A program made the translations under genes and the position numbers. Shown here one piece after another: positions 51,544 through 62,118 of a stretch of 64,000 nt of DNA. A model generated the notes under the pieces. That model was not told where the DNA came from and made no database searches. It saw only the letters and a list, made by a program, of their open reading frames with translations. Numbering within the stretch: position 1 is the first letter of the stretch; each line of letters starts with the position of its first letter. The DNA is from Candidatus Omnitrophota bacterium (GTDB lineage: Bacteria; Omnitrophota; Gorgyraeia; Gygaellales; Profunditerraquicolaceae): NCBI GenBank assembly GCA_049517335.1, contig JBEKSD010000001.1, forward strand, positions 128,001 to 192,000. Reading direction: 5' to 3'.

Positions 51544-52883
51544 CGGAATTGCTAAAAGCTACTAAAGGAAGGCTCTCAAGCGGAGAATCCAATACCGTCG
51601 TCAAATCCATATCCATAGATTCAAGGACGCTCCTCCGGGGCGAGGCTTTTTTGGCTATTAAAGGCGATAATTTTGACGGCCACGATTTTGTTAATGAAGC
51701 AATAAGCAGGGGCGCTGTAGCCGTTATCCTCCATAAGAATGTAAAAATCAAAAATCATGGGGTTTGTTGCATAAGAGTCAAAAATACAACTACGGCTTTG
51801 GGCGATATCGCGCGTTTCCACAGGGATAAATTTAACATTCCGGTAATTGCGGTCACCGGTTCAAACGGAAAGACGACCGCCAAAGAAATGATTGTTTCTG
51901 TTTTGGGCTTAAAAGGAAAGGTCCTGAAGAGTCCGGGAACGAATAACAACCATATCGGCCTACCTAAAACCCTTCTTGAGCTGAACAATACGCATAATTT
52001 TGCCGTAGTTGAATTGGGGACAAACCATAGCGGGGAGATTGAGTACTTGAGCGGCATTTGCAAGCCAGATATTGCGGTAATTACCAATGTCGCTGCTTCG
52101 CATCTTAAGCATTTCGGGAGTTTAAAAGGTGTTTTAACTGAAAAATACAGTATCGTTGATAATTTGAATAAAAAAGGTTTAGTAATACTTAATGCCGATG
52201 ACGGTTTTTTGGCAGGTAAGCTTAAGGCTAAATTTCCTTTCAAGCTCAGTTTCGGCATAAAAAATAAAGCGGAATTCCGCTCAGGCGCTATTAAGGTTAA
52301 GGGCCCGAAGACTGAATTTACGGTTAACGGAAAATATAAATTTGCACTGGATACTCTGGGGTATTATAATATATATAATGCGCTCTGCGCTATTGCCTGC
52401 GGTCGTATCTTTGGCTTAAGCTACGATGGATTAAGGCAGCGCCTGTCAGGTTTTGTATTCCCTAAAGGTCGCCTGAATTTAATAGAGATAAACCGGATTA
52501 AATTTATTGACGATACTTATAATTCTAACCCTTACTCGTTAAAGCGAGCGCTGGAAGCATTAGATGCTTATGATATAAAGGGAAGGAAGATTTTTGTTAT
52601 GGGAGATATGATGGAACTGGGTAAGAGGGAACATTTATTCCATATGCAGGCGGTAAAGGCGGCATTAAAGGTTTGCAATATTTTAATCACTGCCGGAAGC
52701 CTTACTAAAGCGGCGGTAGAAGCGTTAGGGAGCGGAAGCGCCGAAAAAGGGAGGATATTTAGCGCTCAGACTTCAAGGCAAGCAAGGCGAATTTTATCGC
52801 TGAGGATTTTTCCGGGGGGAAATGATATCGTCCTCGTTAAAGGTTCGCGCAGAATGTTCATGGAAGAGGTTTTGAAAATCTAA
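51531..52883 (+). CDS. murF: UDP-MurNAc-tripeptide--D-Ala-D-Ala ligase
   Basis: DSR, TGSNGKTT, DDTYNSNP, GDMMELG, KGSR. Confidence 0.96.
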   Translation: MFKVTELLKATKGRLSSGESNTVVKSISIDSRTLLRGEAFLAIKGDNFDGHDFVNEAISRGAVAVILHKNVKIKNHGVCCIRVKNTTTALGDIARFHRDKFNIPVIAVTGSNGKTTAKEMIVSVLGLKGKVLKSPGTNNNHIGLPKTLLELNNTHNFAVVELGTNHSGEIEYLSGICKPDIAVITNVAASHLKHFGSLKGVLTEKYSIVDNLNKKGLVILNADDGFLAGKLKAKFPFKLSFGIKNKAEFRSGAIKVKGPKTEFTVNGKYKFALDTLGYYNIYNALCAIACGRIFGLSYDGLRQRLSGFVFPKGRLNLIEINRIKFIDDTYNSNPYSLKRALEALDAYDIKGRKIFVMGDMMELGKREHLFHMQAVKAALKVCNILITAGSLTKAAVEALGSGSAEKGRIFSAQTSRQARRILSLRIFPGGNDIVLVKGSRRMFMEEVLKI

Positions 52884-52884
52884 T

Positions 52885-53973
52885 ATGTTATATCTCTGGT
52901 TCTATCCTTTGCACGAATTTTTTTCAGCGCTCAATATCTTCCGCTATATTACCTTCCGTTCGGCAATGGCAGCGTTGACCGCATTTATTTTAAGCCTGAT
53001 TTTCGGCCCTCTCGTAATCAGGAAACTAAAAGAATTAAAAATAGGGGAAAAGATAACCAAGCAGGATAGTCTCAGGCTGGACGAACTGCATAACCATAAA
53101 AAAGACACTCCCACTATGGGAGGGATTCTGATCATCGGGGTAATCCTGATTTCAACCCTGCTCTGGGCGGATATTACCAATCGTTTTATTTTAGTCGTGA
53201 CATTCTCTATGGTTTGGCTCGGGGTAACTGGTTTTATAGACGATTATCTTAAGCAGACAAAGAAGAGGGCAAAGGGCCTGCCCGCAATTGCAAAATTTAC
53301 CAGCCAGATTGTTTTGGGGCTTATACTCGGGGTTATCCTGCTTTTGTATTTTCAGGGCTTGGTTAAGCTGGACATACCTTTCTTTAAAAATATTTCACTG
53401 GATTTAGACGGCTTATACATACTATTCGTGATTGTGGTAATTGCCGGGACGTCCAATGCCGTAAACCTTACCGACGGGCTTGACGGTTTGGCAATAGGCA
53501 TTGTGGCAATGGTGGCAATTGCTTTTAGTGTATTATGTTATGTTTCAGGCAACATTAAGTTCAGCGAATACCTTTTTATACCTTTTATCAAAGGAAGCGC
53601 AGAATTAACGGTCTTCTGTGCCGCTATCCTGGGTGCTGCACTTGGATTTTTGTGGTTTAACTGTTACCCGGCTTCCGTTTTCATGGGTGATGTCGGCTCG
53701 CTTGCATTAGGCGGAGCTTTGGGTACGGTAGCGCTATTAATCAAAAAAGAGATGCTTCTTGTTATAGTCGGAGGCATTTTTGTAGTGGAGGCGCTTTCGG
53801 TAATCCTGCAGGTCGGCTCTTTTAAGCTGACTAAGAAAAGGATTTTTAAGATAGCACCCTTGCATCACCATTTTCAATTCCTTAACTGGCAGGAAAACAA
53901 GGTTATCGTCAGATTCTGGATTATTGCAGGTTTCCTAGCGCTCCTTGCCGTTATTACCCTGAAGATTCGTTAA
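52885..53973 (+). CDS. mraY: Phospho-MurNAc-pentapeptide transferase
   Basis: TPTMGG, NAVNLTDGLDGL, FMGDVGS, APLHHHF. Confidence 0.98.
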   Translation: MLYLWFYPLHEFFSALNIFRYITFRSAMAALTAFILSLIFGPLVIRKLKELKIGEKITKQDSLRLDELHNHKKDTPTMGGILIIGVILISTLLWADITNRFILVVTFSMVWLGVTGFIDDYLKQTKKRAKGLPAIAKFTSQIVLGLILGVILLLYFQGLVKLDIPFFKNISLDLDGLYILFVIVVIAGTSNAVNLTDGLDGLAIGIVAMVAIAFSVLCYVSGNIKFSEYLFIPFIKGSAELTVFCAAILGAALGFLWFNCYPASVFMGDVGSLALGGALGTVALLIKKEMLLVIVGGIFVVEALSVILQVGSFKLTKKRIFKIAPLHHHFQFLNWQENKVIVRFWIIAGFLALLAVITLKIR

Positions 53974-53979
53974 CCTTTC

Positions 53980-55254
53980 ATGAGGGATACCGCATATTTT
54001 AAAAATAAAAAAGTGATTGTCGTGGGGTTGGCGCGCAGCGGTCTGGCCTGCGCCAACCTTCTTTATGACTTGGGCGCACGGGTAAGCATTACCGATTGTA
54101 AGGATGCTGAATTGCTGCGTACAAATACCGCTTTACTTAAGTCCAAAGATATACGGCTGGAACTGGGCTCGCACAGCGCTGCTATCGTCAAAGGTAATGA
54201 ACTTATGATTATTTCTCCCGGAGTAGAAAATAAGGCAAAGCCGGTGCTTTGGGCAGAGAAGTTCGGGATCCCTGTCATCAGCGAGATTGAATTTGCATCT
54301 ATGCTTTGCCCAGCTGATATTATCGCAGTAACTGGTTCAGGCGGCAAGAGCACGGTTACTACCCTAATCGGTAAAATTATTGAGGCAAGCGGAAAAAAAG
54401 CTTATGTTTGCGGCAATATCGGCAAGCCTTTTTCCCAGTATCTGCAGGCAATGAATGCGGGGGATATTGTTTCTCTCGAGGTCAGCTCATTCCAGCTTGA
54501 ACGAATTGTTAAATTCAGGCCGAAGATTGCTTTAATTCTAAACTTTGCCAAAAATCACCTGGATAGGCACAAAGATATGCAGGAATACCTTGATGCGAAA
54601 AAGCGGATATTTATGAATCAGGGCGAAGATGATTACCTGATTTTGAACTCCGGGGATTCCGTTGTCAGCAGCCTGGCTAAAGAGGCCCGGTCAAAGATTG
54701 TTTTCTTTTTCGGCAACGCTGAATTAAACCCTAATCAGGCTGCAGTTATGGCAGTAGGCGCGATACTCGGTATTAATAAAGATTTAATCCTAAAAGTTTT
54801 TAAAGAATTTAAGGGTATAGAGCATAGGCTAGAGTTTGTAGCGGAACTAAACGGCATTAAATTCATAAATGACTCAAAAGCGACCCTAGCTGAATCAACA
54901 ATATGGGCTTTGGAGAGTATTAACGGCGGAGTTGTCTTGATTTGCGGAGGAAGGCATAAAGGCGTTGATTACAGCGTCATAAAAAAAGTGGCAGAGAAAA
55001 AAATACGCAAGGTGATTGTAATCGGAGAAGCTGCTCAGCTGATAGAAGATGCCTTAACGCCCTCATTTGTGGTTGAGCATGCAATAAGCCTGGCTGAGGC
55101 AGTTGATAAGGCCTTTCATTCAGCCAAGCGCGGGGATTACGTTTTACTTTCTCCGATGTGTTCCAGCTTTGATATGTTTAACAACTATGAAGACAGGGGT
55201 AGGGTATTTAAGAAGTTAGTAATGGAAAAAGCTAAAACGAAGGTACGGGCTTAA
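53980..55254 (+). CDS. murD: UDP-MurNAc-L-Ala--D-Glu ligase
   Basis: GLARSG, TGSGGKST, EVSSFQL, NDSKAT, LSPMCSSFD. Confidence 0.96.
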   Translation: MRDTAYFKNKKVIVVGLARSGLACANLLYDLGARVSITDCKDAELLRTNTALLKSKDIRLELGSHSAAIVKGNELMIISPGVENKAKPVLWAEKFGIPVISEIEFASMLCPADIIAVTGSGGKSTVTTLIGKIIEASGKKAYVCGNIGKPFSQYLQAMNAGDIVSLEVSSFQLERIVKFRPKIALILNFAKNHLDRHKDMQEYLDAKKRIFMNQGEDDYLILNSGDSVVSSLAKEARSKIVFFFGNAELNPNQAAVMAVGAILGINKDLILKVFKEFKGIEHRLEFVAELNGIKFINDSKATLAESTIWALESINGGVVLICGGRHKGVDYSVIKKVAEKKIRKVIVIGEAAQLIEDALTPSFVVEHAISLAEAVDKAFHSAKRGDYVLLSPMCSSFDMFNNYEDRGRVFKKLVMEKAKTKVRA

Positions 55255-55257
55255 AAT

Positions 55258-56352
55258 ATGATCCGGAATATAAGGATAAATTTATTTACCGTTGTTTTTA
55301 CGCTTATATGCATCGGCGTGGTGATGATTTACAGCTCTTCCAGTATTTATGCTTGGGAAAGATATAAAGATAGTATGTTTTTTCTAAAGAGGCATATTAT
55401 TTTCCTGAGCATAGGTGCGGTGTTGGCATTTTTTGCCATGACTTTTGATTACCGGCGCTTTAAGACGTACGCCAAGCCGCTGCTGATTGTTTCTTTTATT
55501 CTTCTTATTTTAGTTTTAATACCGGGTATCGGCAGGGAAGTTTCAGGCGCACGCAGATGGTTCAGGTTTAAGTTTTTGAGCTTCCAGCCTTCGGAGCTGG
55601 CTGTGCTGGCGGTAATTATTTATGTTGCGGATTTCCTCTCCCGTAAAGGTAACAATATTAAACTTTTTTTCCGCGGTTTCCTGCCATCGGTTTGCGTGTT
55701 GGGCGTATGTGCTATGCTTATCTTGGTTCAGCCGGATTTGGGAACTACCCTTTCAATAAGCGTCGTAGTATTTTTAATGCTTTATATCGCAGGGACACGG
55801 GTGATTTACCTGTTTTCGATAATTCTGGCAAGCCTACCGGTTCTTTATATTCTAGTATTCAGTGTTCCTTACAGGAGGGCGCGTATCCTTAGTTTTCTAA
55901 ATCCGTGGATAGATCCTAAGGGAAGCGGTTTTCAAATAATCCAGTCTCAAATTGCTATCGGTTCAGGAGGGTTTTTCGGCGTAGGGCTTGGGCATTCCAA
56001 ACAGAAACTGTTTTATCTTCCCGCTGCGCATACGGATTTTATTTTTTCCATTATCGGCGAAGAGCTGGGCTTAATCGGCACATTAGGCATAATTATCCTG
56101 TTTGTTTTATTCATTCAGCAGGGCTTAAAGATTGTAAAAAATGCTCCCGATAAATTTGGTTATTTCCTTTCTTTAGGCTTACTATTGATGCTAACCTTAA
56201 GAATCGTGATTAATATTGGAGTTTCCTGCGGTTTCTTTCCTACTAAAGGTTTGCCCCTTCCCTTTATAAGTTACGGAGGTTCTTCTTTTATTTTTGACAT
56301 GGTTAGTGTAGGCATCCTCATTAATATTGCGCGAACCGGAGAATATCCATAG
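55258..56352 (+). CDS. ftsW: SEDS peptidoglycan polymerase FtsW
   Basis: GARRW, FQPSE, QPDLG, LPAAHTDF, LPFISYGGSS. Confidence 0.96.
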   Translation: MIRNIRINLFTVVFTLICIGVVMIYSSSSIYAWERYKDSMFFLKRHIIFLSIGAVLAFFAMTFDYRRFKTYAKPLLIVSFILLILVLIPGIGREVSGARRWFRFKFLSFQPSELAVLAVIIYVADFLSRKGNNIKLFFRGFLPSVCVLGVCAMLILVQPDLGTTLSISVVVFLMLYIAGTRVIYLFSIILASLPVLYILVFSVPYRRARILSFLNPWIDPKGSGFQIIQSQIAIGSGGFFGVGLGHSKQKLFYLPAAHTDFIFSIIGEELGLIGTLGIIILFVLFIQQGLKIVKNAPDKFGYFLSLGLLLMLTLRIVINIGVSCGFFPTKGLPLPFISYGGSSFIFDMVSVGILINIARTGEYP

Positions 56353-56368
56353 TAAATAAGGTAGGCGG

Positions 56369-57439
56369 ATGAGAATACTGGTAGTTACAGGTTCAAGCGG
56401 CGGACATATATTCCCGGCCTTAAGCTTCCTGGAAGAGCTTAAAGAAAAACATAAAAGCGTAGAAACGCTTCTGGTGTTACCCAAAAGGAGTATTCAAAAG
56501 CGGATAATACGGGAGGATGTTTATCAGGTAAGATATATTGCTACTTCTAAAGTAGCCTACAAGCCGGGTACGCTTTTTAAATATCTGTTGGGAGCAGCCC
56601 AGAGCCTTGAGATATTGCTTAAGTATAAGCCGGATTTAGTGGTTGGTTTCGGGAGTTCCGACTCATTGCCTTTGGTATTTTTGGCATGGCTTTTCAGAAT
56701 CAGGACAATGATCCATGAGCAGAATGTTGTTCCCGGAAGAGCGAACAGGCTGCTGGCAAAGCTGGTAGATACGGTAGCTATATCCTTTCCGGAGACAGCA
56801 GGGTGTTTTAATATAAGTCCTGCGCGTATCAGCGTGACCGGGAATCCGATACGTAGGGAATTAATAAAAGTTGAAAAGCAGGAAGCGCTTAATTTTTTTG
56901 GATTAGCTGATAAATTTACCCTGTTGGTAATGGGAGGCAGCCAAGGCAGCCACAGGATAAACCTTGCGCTTATAAACGCACTTTCAGTGCTTGATAAGCA
57001 CCTTGATTTTCAGGTAATACATATAGCGGGTTTAGAAGACGTTGAATTAGTCAAGCAGGGATATGAAAATTTACATATAAAGACAAAAGTTTTTTCTTTC
57101 TTTTCGCAGATAAATTACGCATATTCGGCCAGCGACCTTGTGCTTTCGCGCTCGGGCGCTTCGGTGGTTTACGAACTTATTTTTTTTGGGAAACCGGCGA
57201 TACTTATACCGTACCCATTCGCCTACGGGCATCAATTAAAGAATGCGCAGGTGCTGGAAAAGCTTGGGGCAGCCCGCATTGTCAGGGATTCCGAACTGGA
57301 TTATAATATCCTGCAGGAAACTCTTACGATGCTGGTTAGGGAACCGCAAAGGTTAAAGAGCATGAGTTCGTCTTATAAAGAAGCAAAATACCTTGACAGT
57401 GCGGATTTATTGGTAAAGGCGGCATTAAAAACAGAATGA
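56369..57439 (+). CDS. murG: Lipid II GlcNAc transferase MurG
   Basis: SGGHIFPA, HEQN..PGRAN, TGNPIR, GGSQG, SRSGA, HQLKNA. Confidence 0.93.
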   Translation: MRILVVTGSSGGHIFPALSFLEELKEKHKSVETLLVLPKRSIQKRIIREDVYQVRYIATSKVAYKPGTLFKYLLGAAQSLEILLKYKPDLVVGFGSSDSLPLVFLAWLFRIRTMIHEQNVVPGRANRLLAKLVDTVAISFPETAGCFNISPARISVTGNPIRRELIKVEKQEALNFFGLADKFTLLVMGGSQGSHRINLALINALSVLDKHLDFQVIHIAGLEDVELVKQGYENLHIKTKVFSFFSQINYAYSASDLVLSRSGASVVYELIFFGKPAILIPYPFAYGHQLKNAQVLEKLGAARIVRDSELDYNILQETLTMLVREPQRLKSMSSSYKEAKYLDSADLLVKAALKTE

Positions 57440-58209
57440 AGAGAATATTCTTATTGTTTGCCCCATTTCTAATTTTGACTTCGGCTCACGCGCAAGGGCA
57501 GGAGTGGAAGGTTTCAAAGAGCACGCACTTCATCGTTTATTATAAGAATTCGGGCGAAGATTTTATTAATAAGCTAACCGGTTATGCCGAGGACTATTAT
57601 AATAAGATCGCCGATAACTTAGGTCTGACGCGTTTTAATTTCTGGCTTTGGGATAACCGGGCAAAAGTTTACGTTTATGATGATTCCAGGGATTACCATG
57701 TTTCTACAAAACAGCCTCAATGGGCCTCAGGAAGTACACATATTATTCAAAAAAAGATTGAAACCTATCCCGGGGAAGAAGGATTTTTTGAGACGGTCCT
57801 GCCGCATGAAATGGGCCATATAGTTTTCAGGGAGTTCGTGGGATTTAACAATATGGCTGTTCCTATGTGGCTGGATGAAGGCGTGGCTATGTATCAGGAA
57901 AGAGGCAGGGGTTTAAATGCCAATAGCTATTTGCGCCAGGCTATGCGTGAAGGGAATTTTATGAATATTTTTGAGCTCTCAACTTATAATGTTGAAAGTT
58001 CTACGGACAATAAAAAAGTGGAAATATACTATATTGAATCCCTTAGTATGGTAGTTTATCTGATTAAGGAATTTGGCAGGGAGAAATTCGTGCTCTTTTG
58101 CCAAAATTTGCGCGATAAGCAAAACCTGGAGCGGGCTGTCGCAGCGAGTTATAATTTTTCAAATTTAAAAGAGCTGGATTCGGCTTGGCAGGAGTATATT
58201 AAGAAATGA
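57436..58209 (+). CDS. Secreted gluzincin metallopeptidase (peptidase MA-like)
   Basis: Signal peptide ending AHA. HEMGH plus WLDEGVA. Confidence 0.8.
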   Translation: MKRIFLLFAPFLILTSAHAQGQEWKVSKSTHFIVYYKNSGEDFINKLTGYAEDYYNKIADNLGLTRFNFWLWDNRAKVYVYDDSRDYHVSTKQPQWASGSTHIIQKKIETYPGEEGFFETVLPHEMGHIVFREFVGFNNMAVPMWLDEGVAMYQERGRGLNANSYLRQAMREGNFMNIFELSTYNVESSTDNKKVEIYYIESLSMVVYLIKEFGREKFVLFCQNLRDKQNLERAVAASYNFSNLKELDSAWQEYIKK

Positions 58210-59573
58210 ACAACCATTACCATTTTGTAGGCATAGGCGGCATCGGGATGAGCGGTATTGCGCAGCTTATGCTGCATAGCGGCGCCGAAGTGAGCGGTTC
58301 CGATTTGAAAGAAAGCAGGGCGACACGCGAATTAAGACAGCTGGGCGCCAGGATTTATATCGGCCACCGCCCTGAAAATATCAACGGCGCCAGGCTTGTA
58401 GTCTATTCTTCCGCCGTAAAAGAAGATAACCCTGAGATAGCCGAGGCAAGAAAGCGAGGCATTACTTTGATGAAACGGGCTGAGGCGCTTGCGCGGCTTA
58501 TGCAGGATAAAACCGTAATTACGGTAGCCGGAAGCCATGGGAAAACGACGACGACTTCCCTTGTTTCGTATTTACTTATTGAAGCCCATCTTTCACCTAC
58601 GGTGGCTATCGGAGGGATATTAAAGAATATAGATAATAATGCCTGTTTAGGCCGGGGTAGGTATTTCGTAGCCGAAGCCGATGAGTCCGACGGCTCATTC
58701 CTTTATTATAACCCCGTTTATTCAATCGTGACAAACATTGACCATGAACATCTTGATTATTATGTTAATTTTGACAATGAAATTTCCGCATTTCGTGACT
58801 TTATCAATAAAACAGATAAAGAAGGGTGCCTTTTTGTTTGCTCTGACGACGAGAATTTATATAAAATAATGAGTGATTATAAAGGCCGTAAAGTATCTTT
58901 TGGTCTAAAGCCTTCCGCAGACGTACAAGCGCAAGATATAAAATTGAACGGTCTCAATTCTGAATTTAACTCTATTTATAAAGGCAAGGCCTTGGACCGA
59001 TTTAAACTTTCCTTAGGCGGCAGGCACAATATCTCTAACGCGCTTTCAGTCATCGCTCTGGGGCTTGAATTGGGAATAGAGTTGAGTTTTATTAAAAAGA
59101 CGCTGGAGCGCTATAAAGGAGCAGGCCGCAGATTAGAAGTTAAATCCAAAGCCAAAGGTATCATGGTTATTGACGATTACGCGCATCATCCCACTGAAAT
59201 TCAGGCGACACTCTCGGTTGCTAAAACCTTAAAACATAAAAGGCTTATCTGTGCGTTCCAGCCGCACCGCTATACGCGCACTAAACTCCTTTTAAATGAA
59301 TTCGCTCCAAGCTTTAATGACGCCGACTACATTATCATTACTGACATCTACCCGGCAAGCGAACTACCGATACCGGGAGTTGAGGGAAAAGTGCTTTATG
59401 ATAAAATAAAAAATTACTATGCGGATAAAAAAGTTATTTTTCTGCCAAAAGAAGAGATTAAGGATTACGTTCTCGAAGAACTTAGGACAGGTGATATCTT
59501 TTTAACGTTAGGCGCAGGCGACATTGTTAAGGTGAGCGATGAATTGGTGGAAGAGCTTAAAAGGAAAAGTTAA
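58206..59573 (+). CDS. murC: UDP-MurNAc--L-Ala ligase
   Basis: GIGGIGMSG, GSHGKTTT, EADESD, DDYAHHP, FQPHRYTR. Confidence 0.98.
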   Translation: MNNHYHFVGIGGIGMSGIAQLMLHSGAEVSGSDLKESRATRELRQLGARIYIGHRPENINGARLVVYSSAVKEDNPEIAEARKRGITLMKRAEALARLMQDKTVITVAGSHGKTTTTSLVSYLLIEAHLSPTVAIGGILKNIDNNACLGRGRYFVAEADESDGSFLYYNPVYSIVTNIDHEHLDYYVNFDNEISAFRDFINKTDKEGCLFVCSDDENLYKIMSDYKGRKVSFGLKPSADVQAQDIKLNGLNSEFNSIYKGKALDRFKLSLGGRHNISNALSVIALGLELGIELSFIKKTLERYKGAGRRLEVKSKAKGIMVIDDYAHHPTEIQATLSVAKTLKHKRLICAFQPHRYTRTKLLLNEFAPSFNDADYIIITDIYPASELPIPGVEGKVLYDKIKNYYADKKVIFLPKEEIKDYVLEELRTGDIFLTLGAGDIVKVSDELVEELKRKS

Positions 59574-60420
59574 GCGTTCGGAGCCGTTAAATAAGCATAC
59601 TACCTTCAGGCTAGGGGGTAGGGCGGATTTTTTTATAGAGCCCAAGGATAACCAAGACTTAAAATTGCTACTTAACTATGCTAAAATCCATAAGCTTAAA
59701 CTTTTATTAATCGGCTCGGGCAGCAATATTTTAGCCAAAGACGGGAATATCAGGAAAATAATCGCTCATCTAAATTCAGGTTATTTTGCTAAAATTAAAT
59801 TTGAAAATAATTATTGCGAAGCAGGAAGCGCAACTGTGCTTGCGCGATTAATAAAAGCAGCACATGCGCGTTCCTTAGCCGGATTGGAATTTTTAACCGG
59901 AGTGCCGGGAACAGTCGGTGGGGCGCTGGTAATGAACGCCGGCGCATGGGGAAAAGAAATCGCCGATTTTTTGACAGAGGTAAAAGTTATGGATTATAAC
60001 GGCAGGGTGAGGTTGATGAAAAAGGAAGAAATTAAGTTCGGCTACCGTTCTTCCTCTTTGGATAAATATATAATTTTAGGAGCGAAGTTTAAATTAAGCA
60101 GGGATTCAGAAAAAAATATCGGGAATAGAATAGCCGATTATTTAAAAAAGCGCCGCAGTAGCCAGGATAACGCGTTTCCCAATGCAGGATGTATTTTTAG
60201 GAACCCTCGGGGTACTTCGGCTGGAAAGCTAATTGATTTGTGCGGTTTAAAAGGTAGGTGCGCGGGCGGTGCCGTTATTTCAAAGAAACACGCTAATTTT
60301 ATCCTGAATCGGAAAAATGCCTCTGCGCAGGACGTCTTGGAGCTTGTTAAATTAATCAAAAGGGAAGTCAGGAATAAATTCCGCATAAATCTGGAAACGG
60401 AAATAAAAATATGGCAGTGA
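59539..60420 (+). CDS. murB: UDP-N-acetylenolpyruvoylglucosamine reductase
   Basis: HTTFRLGG, GSGSN, PGTVGGA..MNAG, AGCIFRNP, HANF. Confidence 0.96.
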   Translation: MNWWKSLKGKVKRSEPLNKHTTFRLGGRADFFIEPKDNQDLKLLLNYAKIHKLKLLLIGSGSNILAKDGNIRKIIAHLNSGYFAKIKFENNYCEAGSATVLARLIKAAHARSLAGLEFLTGVPGTVGGALVMNAGAWGKEIADFLTEVKVMDYNGRVRLMKKEEIKFGYRSSSLDKYIILGAKFKLSRDSEKNIGNRIADYLKKRRSSQDNAFPNAGCIFRNPRGTSAGKLIDLCGLKGRCAGGAVISKKHANFILNRKNASAQDVLELVKLIKREVRNKFRINLETEIKIWQ

Positions 60421-61373
60421 ACCCACGAACTACGGATCAGTTCGGCCGCATCGGTATTTTAATGGGCGGCCCCTCTTCAGAGCGCGAGATTTCCTTAAAA
60501 TCGGGAAAAGCGGTTTACGATGTGCTTTCTGCCTTGGGCGAAGACGTTGTCGCTATTGATATTAAGAGCGATGGCGTTGAGGAAAATATCCGCCTCATAA
60601 ATTCCCAGGGAATAGATTGCGCTTTCCTGGCTTTGCACGGCCGCTTTGGCGAGGACGGAACAATTCAGATGATTTTAGAGAATATGAGAATCCCGTATAC
60701 GGGCTCAGGAGTATTGGCGAGCAAACTTGCAATGGATAAAGTTTCCTCACGGGAAATTTTTAAGAAAGCTAACTTGCTTGTCCCGCGCAGTAAAGTAGTG
60801 GATAAACAATCTTATAAGCAAGGTTCTTTCCTTAAACTTAATTTAGGAAGCCGCCTAGTAATAAAACCGGCGGCTCAGGGTTCAAGTATAGGTTTATCCA
60901 TTATTGACAGGAAAGAAGATTTAGCTAAAGCATTGGAACTTGCTTTTAAATTTGACGATAGACTTATCGTTGAAGAGTATATTAAAGGCAGGGAAATGAC
61001 CGTGGGGATACTGGAGGAATCAGCTTTACCGGTTATTGAGATAATCCCGAGCCGCGCGTTTTTTGATTTTGAGGCCAAATACAAGGATGGGTTGACTGAA
61101 TACGTTATTCCCGCCGGAATTGACAAAAAAACCGCTGCCAGGATTCAGGCTTCAGCTTTGTCCGCGCATAAGTTGCTGGGTTGTTTTGGCTATTCAAGGG
61201 TGGATTTGATCCTTCATGAAGAAGGCGATATCTTCGTTCTGGAAGTAAATACCATACCTGGAATGACCTCAACCAGCCTGCTGCCGAAAGCAGCCGGAAA
61301 GATACACATTAAATTTGAAGAGTTATGCATGAGGTTAATAAAATTAGCTTATGAAAAAGCAGAAAAATACTAA
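60411..61373 (+). CDS. ddl: D-Ala--D-Ala ligase
   Basis: GGPSSEREISL, LHGRFGEDG, GSSIG, EVNTIPGMT. Confidence 0.97.
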   Translation: MAVNPRTTDQFGRIGILMGGPSSEREISLKSGKAVYDVLSALGEDVVAIDIKSDGVEENIRLINSQGIDCAFLALHGRFGEDGTIQMILENMRIPYTGSGVLASKLAMDKVSSREIFKKANLLVPRSKVVDKQSYKQGSFLKLNLGSRLVIKPAAQGSSIGLSIIDRKEDLAKALELAFKFDDRLIVEEYIKGREMTVGILEESALPVIEIIPSRAFFDFEAKYKDGLTEYVIPAGIDKKTAARIQASALSAHKLLGCFGYSRVDLILHEEGDIFVLEVNTIPGMTSTSLLPKAAGKIHIKFEELCMRLIKLAYEKAEKY

Positions 61374-62118
61374 TTTTCTGGGTTTGTTTGTTTTTGTAAC
61401 TTTAATTCTTCTTGCTATCTTTATTTTTCTGGGATATATTTGGAATGTTGTTAAACATTCGGATATCTTTACGGTCAGGGAAGTAGTGGTGAAAGGTTCA
61501 GCAACAGGCAGCCTTTCTTATTTGAAAGGCAGGAATATATTTGACATTGATTCAAGAAGAGAATTCCGGGATGCCCTAAGGTCGTACCCGGATTACAGCT
61601 GCATCAAATTGGTAAAAATATTTCCTAGCCGCATATTTGTGGAATTTATCGGGCGTAAACCGGTTGCCTTAATAAAATTATACCGTTATTTTGCCGTTGA
61701 TGAATCCGGCACCATATTTTACACTCAGGGTTCTCTGCCTGATGAACCCGGTTTACCGGTAATAACCGGCTTAGAGACAAAGCTCTTCGGGCCTAAACCG
61801 GGGGTAAGGTATAATATTAAGGAATTGGGCCTTGCTTTGGAAATCCTGCGGCAGGCAAAGAGGACGCATCTTTTGAAATATTACAAGATCCGTAAAATAG
61901 ACGTTTACAACCCGGATAATGCTTCCATATTTATCCCGTTCGCTGATAATACAAGGAGAGATCTTGAGGTTAAGCTCGGCTCGAATAATATTACGGATAA
62001 GATCTCTATTCTCGCTGGTTTAATCATTAACGGGAAGAACGACATATCCGGCATAAAATATATTGACTTAAGATTCAATGAACCGGTAATAAAATTAAAC
62101 GATGTTAAATCAGAATAG
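61351..62118 (+). CDS. ftsQ: FtsQ/DivIB-like protein
   Basis: Transmembrane helix, POTRA-like region, C-terminal YIDLRF. Between ddl and ftsA. Confidence 0.8.
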   Translation: MKKQKNTNFLGLFVFVTLILLAIFIFLGYIWNVVKHSDIFTVREVVVKGSATGSLSYLKGRNIFDIDSRREFRDALRSYPDYSCIKLVKIFPSRIFVEFIGRKPVALIKLYRYFAVDESGTIFYTQGSLPDEPGLPVITGLETKLFGPKPGVRYNIKELGLALEILRQAKRTHLLKYYKIRKIDVYNPDNASIFIPFADNTRRDLEVKLGSNNITDKISILAGLIINGKNDISGIKYIDLRFNEPVIKLNDVKSE

